A DNA stretch of 64,000 bases from Bacilli bacterium (GTDB lineage Bacteria; Bacillota_I; Bacilli_A; RF39; UBA660): contig JBJEED010000008.1 in assembly GCA_051872765.1 (NCBI GenBank), forward strand, positions 6,237 to 70,236, in the 5' to 3' direction. Made by a program: the position numbers and the translations under genes. Below, one piece after another: positions 8,490 to 17,176 of this stretch. The notes under the pieces are model-generated. The model was not told the origin of the DNA. It saw only the letters and a list, made by a program, of their open reading frames with translations, and did no database searches. The number at the start of each line of letters is the position of its first letter. The first letter of the stretch is position 1.

Positions 8490-10276
8490 GCGTAAGTTTT
8501 AAAAGCCAATTGGCTCCTAAGGGATTAGAATTTAGACCTTCTGAAATGATAATTAGTGATAAATATTGTGCTATTTTAACAATAATTAGTTATCCTAAAT
8601 CTATAAGTGAAGGTTATCTTGCAAATATTACTCAATTATCAGGAATCAAAGTATGTATTAAACATATTCCAATTGCATTTTCAGTACTATCTAAAATGCT
8701 TAATAAAGAAATAGCAGATATGAAATCTAGATATTCAAATGAGCATGATAGAACTATTCAAGAACAAATAAGACAAGATTACGAGAGTATTGAGGATTTT
8801 ATTTCAATGTTAACTGCTACTCAAGCGAGAATATTCGACTTTCAAATGCATATTATGATTTCTGCTGATTCTCATGAAGAATTAGAAAATAAAAAAGTAC
8901 AAGTTAAAAATTATTTAGATGCCATGGGAATGAAAGGTATTGTATTAAGATTTGAACAAGAAAAGATTTTAAAGAGTATGCTTCCTATATTTGAAAAAAA
9001 TGATATTGAAGATAGAGTTGGAACACCAATACCATCAGTTACTATGGCTGCGATGTATCCATTTGTATTTGATAGTATTAAAGATCCTGGACTTTCATGC
9101 TTATTAGGTGTTGATTATTCTGGTGGTGTAATTTTATTTAATCAATTTTTATATCAAACTAAAAAAGAGTTTAATAGAAATAATGCTAATATGATTATAC
9201 TAGGTACTTCTGGTAGTGGTAAATCTACTGCTGCTAAAGTATTACTTAGGGCAAATATTAGAAATGGTCATAAAATTGTAGCAATTGACCCTGAAGGTGA
9301 ACTTCAAGAAATGACTAAATTATATGGTGGAGACTTTATTGATTTAGGTAAAGGTGGAGACTTCGGTATGATTAATCCACTTGAAATAGTATTAGATGCC
9401 GATGAAGAAGAAATGGCTGAAGGTACTGGTTATGCTGTACTTACTCGTACTCTTCAAACTTTAAAAGCATTTATGAAATATTATAGTCCTGATATTGAAG
9501 AGGATGTTCTTACATTATTTAGTGAGGTTGTGCAAGATACATATAAAAGATATAAAATAGATTATGATACAGATTTTACTAAAATATTATCTCATGATTA
9601 TCCTACATTTGATGATGTTTATGCAACAATAAAAGGTAGACTTTTATCAATGACTGAACATACTCATGAAAGAGATATTATGGAAAGATTAGAACTTAAA
9701 ATCAGACCATTGACTAAAGAATTAAGATATTATTTTACAGGTAAAACTACAATTGATACTGATGCAGACTTTATTGTATTTAATATTCGTGAATTAATGA
9801 ATGCTGATAATAATATTCGTAATGCATTGTTCTTTAATATTTTGAAATATGCATGGGGACTAACATTAGATAGAGAAATTAATACAATATTAATGGTTGA
9901 TGAGGCACATATGTTGCTTGCTGATCAAAATACTTTAGGTGCTGAGTTCTTGGCTCGTATTCAAAGAAGAAGTCGTAAATATAATACTGGTACGATTATC
10001 ATTACTCAACAACCTACTGATTTTGCTGCACCAAATGTACTAATACATGGTAAGGCAATATTTGATAATGCTTCCTATTATTTAGTGATGGGATTAAAAA
10101 AGCAAGCAGTTGATGATTTGAGTAAATTGGTTGATTTAAATGAACAAGAAAAAGATTCGATTAAGAGATATAGTCAAGGTCAAGCATTGTTTGTATGTGG
10201 TAATAGAAGAATGAGAATTAATGTTATTGCTACACAACAAGAGTTAGAATCATTTGGTTCAGGTGGAGGATTCTAA
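8486..10276 (+). CDS. VirB4-family T4SS ATPase (central and C-terminal ATPase domains)
   Basis: ATGA overlap with the preceding ORF. LAPKGLEFRPSEMIISDKYCAILTIISYPKSISEGYL, Walker A ILGTSGSGKST, IDPEGE, Walker B ILMVDEAHMLL, IIITQQPTDF. Confidence 0.85.
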   Translation: MSVSFKSQLAPKGLEFRPSEMIISDKYCAILTIISYPKSISEGYLANITQLSGIKVCIKHIPIAFSVLSKMLNKEIADMKSRYSNEHDRTIQEQIRQDYESIEDFISMLTATQARIFDFQMHIMISADSHEELENKKVQVKNYLDAMGMKGIVLRFEQEKILKSMLPIFEKNDIEDRVGTPIPSVTMAAMYPFVFDSIKDPGLSCLLGVDYSGGVILFNQFLYQTKKEFNRNNANMIILGTSGSGKSTAAKVLLRANIRNGHKIVAIDPEGELQEMTKLYGGDFIDLGKGGDFGMINPLEIVLDADEEEMAEGTGYAVLTRTLQTLKAFMKYYSPDIEEDVLTLFSEVVQDTYKRYKIDYDTDFTKILSHDYPTFDDVYATIKGRLLSMTEHTHERDIMERLELKIRPLTKELRYYFTGKTTIDTDADFIVFNIRELMNADNNIRNALFFNILKYAWGLTLDREINTILMVDEAHMLLADQNTLGAEFLARIQRRSRKYNTGTIIITQQPTDFAAPNVLIHGKAIFDNASYYLVMGLKKQAVDDLSKLVDLNEQEKDSIKRYSQGQALFVCGNRRMRINVIATQQELESFGSGGGF

Positions 10277-10306
10277 TAGAATCCTCTTTTTTAAAGGAGA
10301 AGTAGT

Positions 10307-13183
10307 ATGGCTAGTAATGGAAATGCAAATAATGGAGTAGAAGAATCATCAAATAATAATATTTCAAGTTCTTCAACTACAGGAAGTAATCCTGTGGGTT
10401 TTTCTGGTGCATTAAAGCCAAATAAAGCAGATATAGATGCAATAAATAAAAGAGGTACAAACGGAGTAGAGCATTCTAAAACATTTAGAAAAAATAATAA
10501 TCTTGAAAAGCAGAGAGTAAGAACTTCTGAACTTGATAATGATGGTCTTGAAGATAAAACTAATTCTAAAATTGAAAGTAAATCTTCTAATACTAAAACT
10601 GATAATAAAGGAAAAGGAGAAAAATCAAAAAGTAAAAATAGTAGTGTTGTTGATATAGTATCAAAAAAGACTGGATTAAAATCCAAGTTATTAAAATTAA
10701 AACTTAAATTAATTATATTAGGTATAGTTTTGTCATTTTTTGTTATTATTTTTATAATTTCATATTTTATTGCCGCTTATGATGCATTATTAAATTCAAT
10801 ATCATCATTTTTTGGCATTTCCGAAACTGAAAGTGAAGAATCTTTATTGAAAAATGAAAAGTACTATATTGATCCTGAAACTGGAGAAGAATATAATACA
10901 GATGAATTAGTTGAGATGTTAAAGGAAGATGAACAATGTAAAACTACTTTTTTTAATGGTTTAAGTGATTGGTTAGATATGTTTGATGGTACAATAGACA
11001 GTTTTTGTACTTATACTAGATATGTGAAAAAAAGTATTGAAAAATTAGAAAAAAAATATCCAACTCTTCATATGGATAGAGCTTTAGTATTATCAGGAAT
11101 ATTTTATGGATACGCAGCTCAACCAAATTATTCTGAGTATATAGATAGTTATAATGCACCATATACAATTAGTGCGGCAGAACATTATGAATCTTTAATG
11201 GATATGCTTAAATCTGGTACTCTTACAGTTGATGATTTAGATGATATGATTAATAATGCAGTTGCCAATCATACACATCCTTATTATGAATGGCAAGTAG
11301 AAGATATATATGATAGAAAAGGAAAATTAATTGAATCTGTTGGTAAGTGTATTAAACAAGAGCAACAAGATGTAAAATATAGTCTACTTAGATGGCAAAT
11401 GTTTTTAAGATTTGGAGATAGTACAGTTAAAACCTATGATAAATTAATGATTAGAAAGAAAGCTTGGGCGTCATCTGATGTTGAATGTAATGGTACTGTA
11501 GATGATGCTACATTACTAGCAAAAATTTCTGCATCTGGAGCACCTAAAAATACTATTGATAATTCTGTTAGAGTTGCGCAAAAATATTTACAAGAGTATG
11601 AAGATCCACCTAATATGAATTTATTTGAACAAAAGGCAGAAATAGAAGGATATGAAAAAGATGTCTTTGAATCATATAATTATAAAGATATATCAGTTAA
11701 TTTTGATTATGTTAATGGATTTGCCTATAATAGATTTCCATACTTTAAAAGAGCATATGAATCTAATATGACTGAACTTTATTATGATGAAGCAATTACT
11801 CCAAAAGTAATTGAAACATTAATATTAAATTCAGAAGAAAAGAAAACGGTAATGAATGATATACTTAATTTTGAAGATCAAGATAATCCTTTAGCATATT
11901 CAAATTTTGGTACGATGTGGTCATCTGTTGGTGGAGCATATTGTGCAGATTATGTTGCAGTTCCATTTAATCAAATAGAGGTAATTATTAAAGATTGTGA
12001 TGGTAGAGAAATAGGCAAAACTAGTTTTAAAGACTATATTATGGGTGTAGCTTATGGAGAAGTAAGTGATAGACATGATGATTATGTTAAATCTGAAATG
12101 GTAGCCGCTATTAGTTATTCTCTTGCAAGAAGAGGAAATTATACAAAAGTTCCAACTATTACTATGAAATCAGGAAACTGTGATCAAGTTTATTGCCCAA
12201 TGAATTCAGGGTGCTCTAGTAATAAATCTAATTTAGATTGTGGTGGATTTTCATGTACTTCTTATTATCCAGGTACAGGTTATACTATGTATCATGGTGC
12301 AGCGGGAGATGCATTAATACAAAAATATGCAAGGTTATATGATGAAGCATCTCAATTCTTACTTGTTAAAGATGGTGCTGTATATAGTGCTGGCTATGTT
12401 TCAACTGTTCAAAATAAGTGGTATGAAATGGCTAAGAGTGGTATGTCATTTACTCAAATAATGCAAGAAACTTATGGTCCAGATGGTGCGGAACTCGTTC
12501 AGTGTATAAATATTGATGATTCTAATAATTCATCAACTATAGCCGATAATAGTATGGGAAATGGGCCTAGTACAGATAGTGTAACAATTAAGAAAGTTGG
12601 TAATACTATTAGTGAAAAGTATGATAAATTATCTCCAGATTTAGGTAAATTTTATGGTTATTCATACAATGATGATCCTGTTGGTAGAGATATTACTATT
12701 AACCCAGATTGGATTAATGCAAATATTATAACAATTAATACTACTTGGAATACATCATATAGAGTTAATACACAAGCAAAATATAATTTTGAACTTGCTT
12801 ATAAAAATATAGGAAATATACTTAATAATGGTGTTAAATTAAGTGATGGAAATATATGTAAATATACAATTGATGACTTACAAGGCGGAACAACATTTGA
12901 ACAAAGAAAATCATCAAGTGGTTTATTTAGTGAAGCATCTTATGGAATTGTTCAATCGTGGAATTATAATAAAGTATATACAATCAATAATAAAGTTTAT
13001 AAACCATATTCTAAGGGTAGTACGATAAGTGATTATAATGAATTTGTAGAGGCACTTGGAAGAGAAGAAGATTGTAGAAATATTAATTATATTTTATATA
13101 AATATGCGTATGAACCGGCAGGTTTTGTTTGGGGAAAAAATAGTGATAACTATGATAGTTCATTATTTAAAATAAATTATTAA
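10307..13183 (+). CDS. T4SS-associated cell-wall hydrolase. It has a low-complexity N-terminus, one TM, a SpoIID/LytB-like domain and a C-terminal M15 (LAS)-like domain whose metal ligands appear substituted.
   Basis: TM LIILGIVLSFFVIIFIISYFIAAY. The SpoIID-like pattern KDYIMGVAYGEVS...YVKSEMVAAISYSLARRGNY...SGNCDQVYCP is encoded at about nt 11935-12205. M15-like remnants are SEASYGIVQSWN (12929-12964) and GFVWGKNSDNYDSSLF (13121-13168). Confidence 0.65.
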   Translation: MASNGNANNGVEESSNNNISSSSTTGSNPVGFSGALKPNKADIDAINKRGTNGVEHSKTFRKNNNLEKQRVRTSELDNDGLEDKTNSKIESKSSNTKTDNKGKGEKSKSKNSSVVDIVSKKTGLKSKLLKLKLKLIILGIVLSFFVIIFIISYFIAAYDALLNSISSFFGISETESEESLLKNEKYYIDPETGEEYNTDELVEMLKEDEQCKTTFFNGLSDWLDMFDGTIDSFCTYTRYVKKSIEKLEKKYPTLHMDRALVLSGIFYGYAAQPNYSEYIDSYNAPYTISAAEHYESLMDMLKSGTLTVDDLDDMINNAVANHTHPYYEWQVEDIYDRKGKLIESVGKCIKQEQQDVKYSLLRWQMFLRFGDSTVKTYDKLMIRKKAWASSDVECNGTVDDATLLAKISASGAPKNTIDNSVRVAQKYLQEYEDPPNMNLFEQKAEIEGYEKDVFESYNYKDISVNFDYVNGFAYNRFPYFKRAYESNMTELYYDEAITPKVIETLILNSEEKKTVMNDILNFEDQDNPLAYSNFGTMWSSVGGAYCADYVAVPFNQIEVIIKDCDGREIGKTSFKDYIMGVAYGEVSDRHDDYVKSEMVAAISYSLARRGNYTKVPTITMKSGNCDQVYCPMNSGCSSNKSNLDCGGFSCTSYYPGTGYTMYHGAAGDALIQKYARLYDEASQFLLVKDGAVYSAGYVSTVQNKWYEMAKSGMSFTQIMQETYGPDGAELVQCINIDDSNNSSTIADNSMGNGPSTDSVTIKKVGNTISEKYDKLSPDLGKFYGYSYNDDPVGRDITINPDWINANIITINTTWNTSYRVNTQAKYNFELAYKNIGNILNNGVKLSDGNICKYTIDDLQGGTTFEQRKSSSGLFSEASYGIVQSWNYNKVYTINNKVYKPYSKGSTISDYNEFVEALGREEDCRNINYILYKYAYEPAGFVWGKNSDNYDSSLFKINY

Positions 13184-13197
13184 TATAAGGAGGAAGA

Positions 13198-13989
13198 ATG
13201 AATAAAGAGAAAAAAATTACATTTATGATTATTTTAACTGCAATAGTACTTTTATCTATTATTACTATTCCTCTTATTATCAAATATAATATAGAAAAAG
13301 ATAAAGATAATTTTCCTGAATATAAAGATATCGATATTGATGAAGATTTATTGAGTAATGAGCAAACTTATGAACAAATAAAAAAAGACTTACAAAATGA
13401 TTTCTACTTTAATAAACTTGCAATAATGACAGATTATGATTATAAAGAGTCATCTACTGAAAATTTACAAGACTTATTATGGCATTTTATATTTAATTAT
13501 GAATTATCTAATGACAGTTATTTTTCATATACTGATTCAGCAAATGGTAAATATTGTTTCAGTAAAAAGAACTTAATAAATGCTTTTAATGAATTTTATA
13601 AGTTGGATATTACAGATAAATATAATTATTTAGAAGGTTATTATAAATATGTTTATATTAGTTCAAAAGGATATTGCTTAGATTTTAAAAGGGTATCTGA
13701 TGAGTATGATAATAATATAAAAATAGCTATTGAGAGAATGTCTATTCTTGGTACTACTATAACAACAGATTTATATGTTTATGAATACTATGCAAGTTCT
13801 ACTAATGAAAAATATTATGAAAATTTATTAGGGCAAGCAATTGATAGTAAAGATTATTCCAAAGCTAAGACATTAGTTGAAAATTACTTAAATGGTACAG
13901 TAACTCATAAGCAAATACAATTTAAAAAGAATACTAGAGGAAAATATTTTAAATATCAAATTTTAGTTAGTAAAAAATTAGTTTATTAA
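13198..13989 (+). CDS. N-terminally membrane-anchored protein of the T4SS operon. It occupies the positional slot of VirB8/TcpC-like components, but homology is not established.
   Basis: 263 aa with a single N-terminal TM (ITFMIILTAIVLLSIITIPLII) and SD aaggagg. No diagnostic motif seen. Confidence 0.4.
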   Translation: MNKEKKITFMIILTAIVLLSIITIPLIIKYNIEKDKDNFPEYKDIDIDEDLLSNEQTYEQIKKDLQNDFYFNKLAIMTDYDYKESSTENLQDLLWHFIFNYELSNDSYFSYTDSANGKYCFSKKNLINAFNEFYKLDITDKYNYLEGYYKYVYISSKGYCLDFKRVSDEYDNNIKIAIERMSILGTTITTDLYVYEYYASSTNEKYYENLLGQAIDSKDYSKAKTLVENYLNGTVTHKQIQFKKNTRGKYFKYQILVSKKLVY

Positions 13990-14038
13990 TGAAAAAAAAT
14001 ATATTATATTGTATAATATATTTGTATGAGGTGAGACT

Positions 14039-16279
14039 ATGAAGTTGAAATTTAGAGCAGAGAAAAAAGATTTTATAATATTTCTTATTTTTTGCGGAGT
14101 ATTGTTATACTTAGTTGCTGTAGCTGTAGTTAATTTAAATAGTTTTGCAGTTGATGGAGTATTTAGTGGTTTAAATCCATTACCTGCATTTTCATTAGAT
14201 TTTATATTTTATACATTAGTTGTGTATATATTTGTAATAGCTGCATTAATGCTTGGTTGTTCTTCTTATTTTTTCGAAAGAGAAAAAGGTTTTGGTATAT
14301 CAACTGAACAAAAAAGTAAAAATGATGGTTATTCAAAACTAATGTCAGATAGTGAAATGAAAAAAGATCGTGGTATTGTTAAAATTAAGCTAACTGATGA
14401 TACTTATGAAGGAGGAGGTATTCCATTTATAAATGATGGAGTAAATGCATGGGTAGATAATAGTGGAGAACCACACGCACTTATTATGGGTGCTTCTGGT
14501 TCTGGTAAAACACAATGTATGATGTTTCCTCTTCTTAAAATTCTTGCAAGACATGGAGAAAGTGTTATTGTAACAGACCCTAAAGGTGAATTATATGAAG
14601 AATGTGGAAAGTTATTGCAGGAAAAGGGGTATAAAGTTATATTATTAAACTTCCGTGATCCTAAAGAAGGATCCGCATGGAATCCATTTAGTTATCCATA
14701 TAGAATATATAAAGAAGGAAATGTAGATAAAGCAAATGAATTGTTACAAGACCTTGCCAGTAATATATTAATAGATCCAAATAATAAAGCAGAACCATTT
14801 TGGGAACAAACAGCATCTAACTTTTTCACAGGATTATCACTAGGCTTATTTGATGATGCTCCTGAAGAAGAAGTTAATATTAATAGTATTAATATGATGG
14901 CGGAAGTTGGTGAGGATAGAATTGGTCCATCAACTTATATAAAAGAATATTTTAAAGCTAAGGGAGAGTTATCTCCTGCCTATATAGCAGCAGCATCTTG
15001 TATAAATGCACCTAATGAAACTCGTGGTGGAATTATGTCTACATTTAGAACAAAGACAAGAATTTTCTCATCACAAGAATCATTATCAGAAATGCTTTCA
15101 TATAGTGATTTTGATATTAGGGATATTGGAAAAGAAAAAACTGCAATATTCTTAAAAGTTCACGATGAAAAAACAACTTATCATGCTCTTGCTACTATAT
15201 TTGTAAAACAAGCATATGAAGCATTGATTGCAACGGCTCAAACATTTCCTAATTTAAAACTTCCTTATAGAACTAATTTTATATTAGATGAATTTGCAAA
15301 TATGCCTGCTATTAAAGATATTGGAACAATGATAACTGCATCTCGTTCAAGAAATATTAGATTTAGTTTCGCTATTCAAAACTTTTCACAATTAAATCAA
15401 GTATATGGAAAAGAAGTTGCAGAAACAATTAAAGGTAACTGTGGAAACTTTGTTTATATCATGAGTACAGAATTAGCTGCTTTAGAGGAAATTAGTAAAT
15501 TACTTGGTGATCAAAAACCTGATAAACCTAAAAAAGATGAACCAGCGCCACCAATTAGACCATTATTTACTGTAAGTGATTTACAAGCGTTAAAAGAAAA
15601 TGAAGTTATATTTAATAGATTTAGAAGTATGCCTTATAAAACTAAACTTACTCCAAACTGGAAAATTGACTGGGGAAGAAAATATGAAAAAATGGGATAC
15701 TCTCAAAGGCCACCACATGAAGTAAAGGTTTTTGATTTAAAAGATTTTGTTCAAAAGTTAAAGGATAAACAAGGAGTTCCTGTTGGATCAGGAATGCCTG
15801 GTGGTTTTAGTGCTGGTATGCCAGGAATGGTAGGTATGCCGGGAATGGTAGGTGGAGGTATGCCAAATCCATTTGCTAGTCCAGGGCCTGTACCAGGAGG
15901 TAGAGGATCATCATCTGGAATTGTACCTACGAGTCTTGATGACTATGTTAGAAAACTTGATGAAAAAATTGCTGAGCTAGAAAGAGAAGAAGCAGAAGAA
16001 AAAGCAAGACAAGAAAAAGAAAAGCAAGCATTATCACAAGGTGTAGTAGAGCAAAAAGAAGTTGTGAAAGAAAAGACACAAGAAGAAATACAAAAAGAAA
16101 TGAATGATATATTTAATCATAACTTAAAAGGAATTACAAGTGAAGAGGAAAAAAATACACAACAATCAACTTACGAAAATATAGAGAATCCTAAAGTTAA
16201 TGTTGATGTTGATAGTGTTGTTGTAAAAAACAATAATAATGATGATGATTTCTTTGATGATTTCTTTGGAAGTGAATAA
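14039..16279 (+). CDS. VirD4/TraG-family type IV coupling protein with an unusual C-terminal tail
   Basis: Two N-terminal TMs. Walker A IMGASGSGKTQ, VTDPKGELYE, Walker B NFILDEFANMPAI, SRSRNIRFSFAIQNFSQLNQVYG. The tail contains GMPGGFSAGMPGMVGMPGMVGGGMPNPF, a coiled coil, and ends DDDFFDDFFGSE. Confidence 0.85.
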   Translation: MKLKFRAEKKDFIIFLIFCGVLLYLVAVAVVNLNSFAVDGVFSGLNPLPAFSLDFIFYTLVVYIFVIAALMLGCSSYFFEREKGFGISTEQKSKNDGYSKLMSDSEMKKDRGIVKIKLTDDTYEGGGIPFINDGVNAWVDNSGEPHALIMGASGSGKTQCMMFPLLKILARHGESVIVTDPKGELYEECGKLLQEKGYKVILLNFRDPKEGSAWNPFSYPYRIYKEGNVDKANELLQDLASNILIDPNNKAEPFWEQTASNFFTGLSLGLFDDAPEEEVNINSINMMAEVGEDRIGPSTYIKEYFKAKGELSPAYIAAASCINAPNETRGGIMSTFRTKTRIFSSQESLSEMLSYSDFDIRDIGKEKTAIFLKVHDEKTTYHALATIFVKQAYEALIATAQTFPNLKLPYRTNFILDEFANMPAIKDIGTMITASRSRNIRFSFAIQNFSQLNQVYGKEVAETIKGNCGNFVYIMSTELAALEEISKLLGDQKPDKPKKDEPAPPIRPLFTVSDLQALKENEVIFNRFRSMPYKTKLTPNWKIDWGRKYEKMGYSQRPPHEVKVFDLKDFVQKLKDKQGVPVGSGMPGGFSAGMPGMVGMPGMVGGGMPNPFASPGPVPGGRGSSSGIVPTSLDDYVRKLDEKIAELEREEAEEKARQEKEKQALSQGVVEQKEVVKEKTQEEIQKEMNDIFNHNLKGITSEEEKNTQQSTYENIENPKVNVDVDSVVVKNNNNDDDFFDDFFGSE

Positions 16280-16285
16280 AAAATT

Positions 16286-16310
16286 AAACCCTTTATGGGT
16301 TTTTTATTTT
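16286..16310 (+). terminator. rho-independent terminator of the T4SS operon
   Basis: aaaccc (16286-16291) pairs with gggttt (16297-16302), followed by a T-run. Confidence 0.75.
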
Positions 16311-16343
16311 AAAATTTTTCATAAACTACATTAGGTGGTTTAT

Positions 16344-16559
16344 ATGAAAATAATAGATGTTAGTGATAAATATACTTATCAGACTAGTCATTTAAATGGA
16401 AGCATAAATATTCCTTATGATGAATTAATTAATAATTATAGGAAATATTTAAATAAAAAAGATAGTTATTATTTATATTGTAAAAGTGGAAAATTAAGTA
16501 AAAGAGCAACGATGGTTTTATCATCTTTAGGATATAATGTATTTACTCTAGAAAAATAG
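16344..16559 (+). CDS. single-domain rhodanese-like protein
   Basis: YLYCKSGKLSKRATMVLSSLGYNVFTL matches the rhodanese active-site loop CxxGxxS plus the C-terminal pattern. ATG at 16344 follows SD aggtgg. The track start 16335 is probably too early. Confidence 0.65.
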   Translation: MKIIDVSDKYTYQTSHLNGSINIPYDELINNYRKYLNKKDSYYLYCKSGKLSKRATMVLSSLGYNVFTLEK

Positions 16560-16584
16560 TATTTTTTGTAATATAATTATTTTG

Positions 16585-17166
16585 ATGCATATGATAGATT
16601 TAATACAAAACACAGTTGATTTTATTTTAAGTACTGGTATTTATGGAGTTGTTTTTTCATGCTTTATAATATTAATTGAATCAATATTTCCTATTATACC
16701 GGTTTTAGTTTTTACATCAATTAACTTTATGTTACTTGGAAATATACTTGGATTTTTAGTTTCTTGGATTTTTACTATACTTGGATGTTTATTATCTTAC
16801 TTTATATTTAGAAATGGATTTGGAAATCATTTTGAAAGATTAACTCAAAATAAAGAAAAGATAAAACAATATACTAAATTATTTAGACATATATCAACTG
16901 ATAAATTATTTTTAATAGTGGCTTTTCCTTTTACTCCTGCATTTATAGTAAATATTGTTGCAGGCCTTGTAAAAATGGATTTTAAAAAGTTTTTAATTGC
17001 TATTATTTTTGGTAAAATAAGTTTAGTAATATATTCTGCATATATTGGATTATCATTTGTTGAAAGTATTCATAACCCAATTATATTACTAAAAGTTGCT
17101 ATTGTAATTTTATTAGTATACATAGCGTATATAATATTTAAAAAAGTATTTAAACTAAATATATAG
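16585..17166 (+). CDS. DedA/TVP38 (VTT-domain) family membrane protein
   Basis: Polytopic, about 190 aa. The FPIIPVLVFTSINFMLLG and AFPFTPAFIVNIVAGLVKMDFKKF patterns are typical of SNARE-associated/DedA proteins. Confidence 0.65.
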   Translation: MHMIDLIQNTVDFILSTGIYGVVFSCFIILIESIFPIIPVLVFTSINFMLLGNILGFLVSWIFTILGCLLSYFIFRNGFGNHFERLTQNKEKIKQYTKLFRHISTDKLFLIVAFPFTPAFIVNIVAGLVKMDFKKFLIAIIFGKISLVIYSAYIGLSFVESIHNPIILLKVAIVILLVYIAYIIFKKVFKLNI

Positions 17167-17176
17167 GAGGAGTATT

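Larger units (their letters stand above)
5626..16279 (+). other. conjugation-type (Gram-positive) type IV secretion gene cluster. Seven ORFs form one transcription unit. No relaxase or integrase is present in the window.
   Basis: Homologs of VirB6, VirB3/PrgI, VirB4, a wall hydrolase and VirD4 are tightly packed. The block is bounded by terminators at 5471-5502 and 16286-16310. Confidence 0.75.

Noticed and set aside
10291-10686. 131-aa minus-strand ORF antisense to the 5' end of the hydrolase gene
   Set aside because: It is a shadow of the low-complexity Ser/Asn/Lys-rich N-terminal region. It has no translation signals and a Leu/Phe/Ser-rich nonsense-like sequence.
12843-13028. 61-aa + strand ORF nested out of frame inside the hydrolase gene
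   Set aside because: It lies fully inside a well-supported 958-aa ORF, has no SD, and its sequence has no features.
13999-14021. Perfect 10-bp inverted repeat atatattata-ttg-tataatatat just upstream of the coupling-protein gene, considered as an oriT or operator
   Set aside because: It is composed only of A/T in a genome that is mostly A/T, and it overlaps a plausible internal -10 (tgtataat, 14010-14017). There is no nic-site-like sequence or adjacent relaxase. This is too weak to call.
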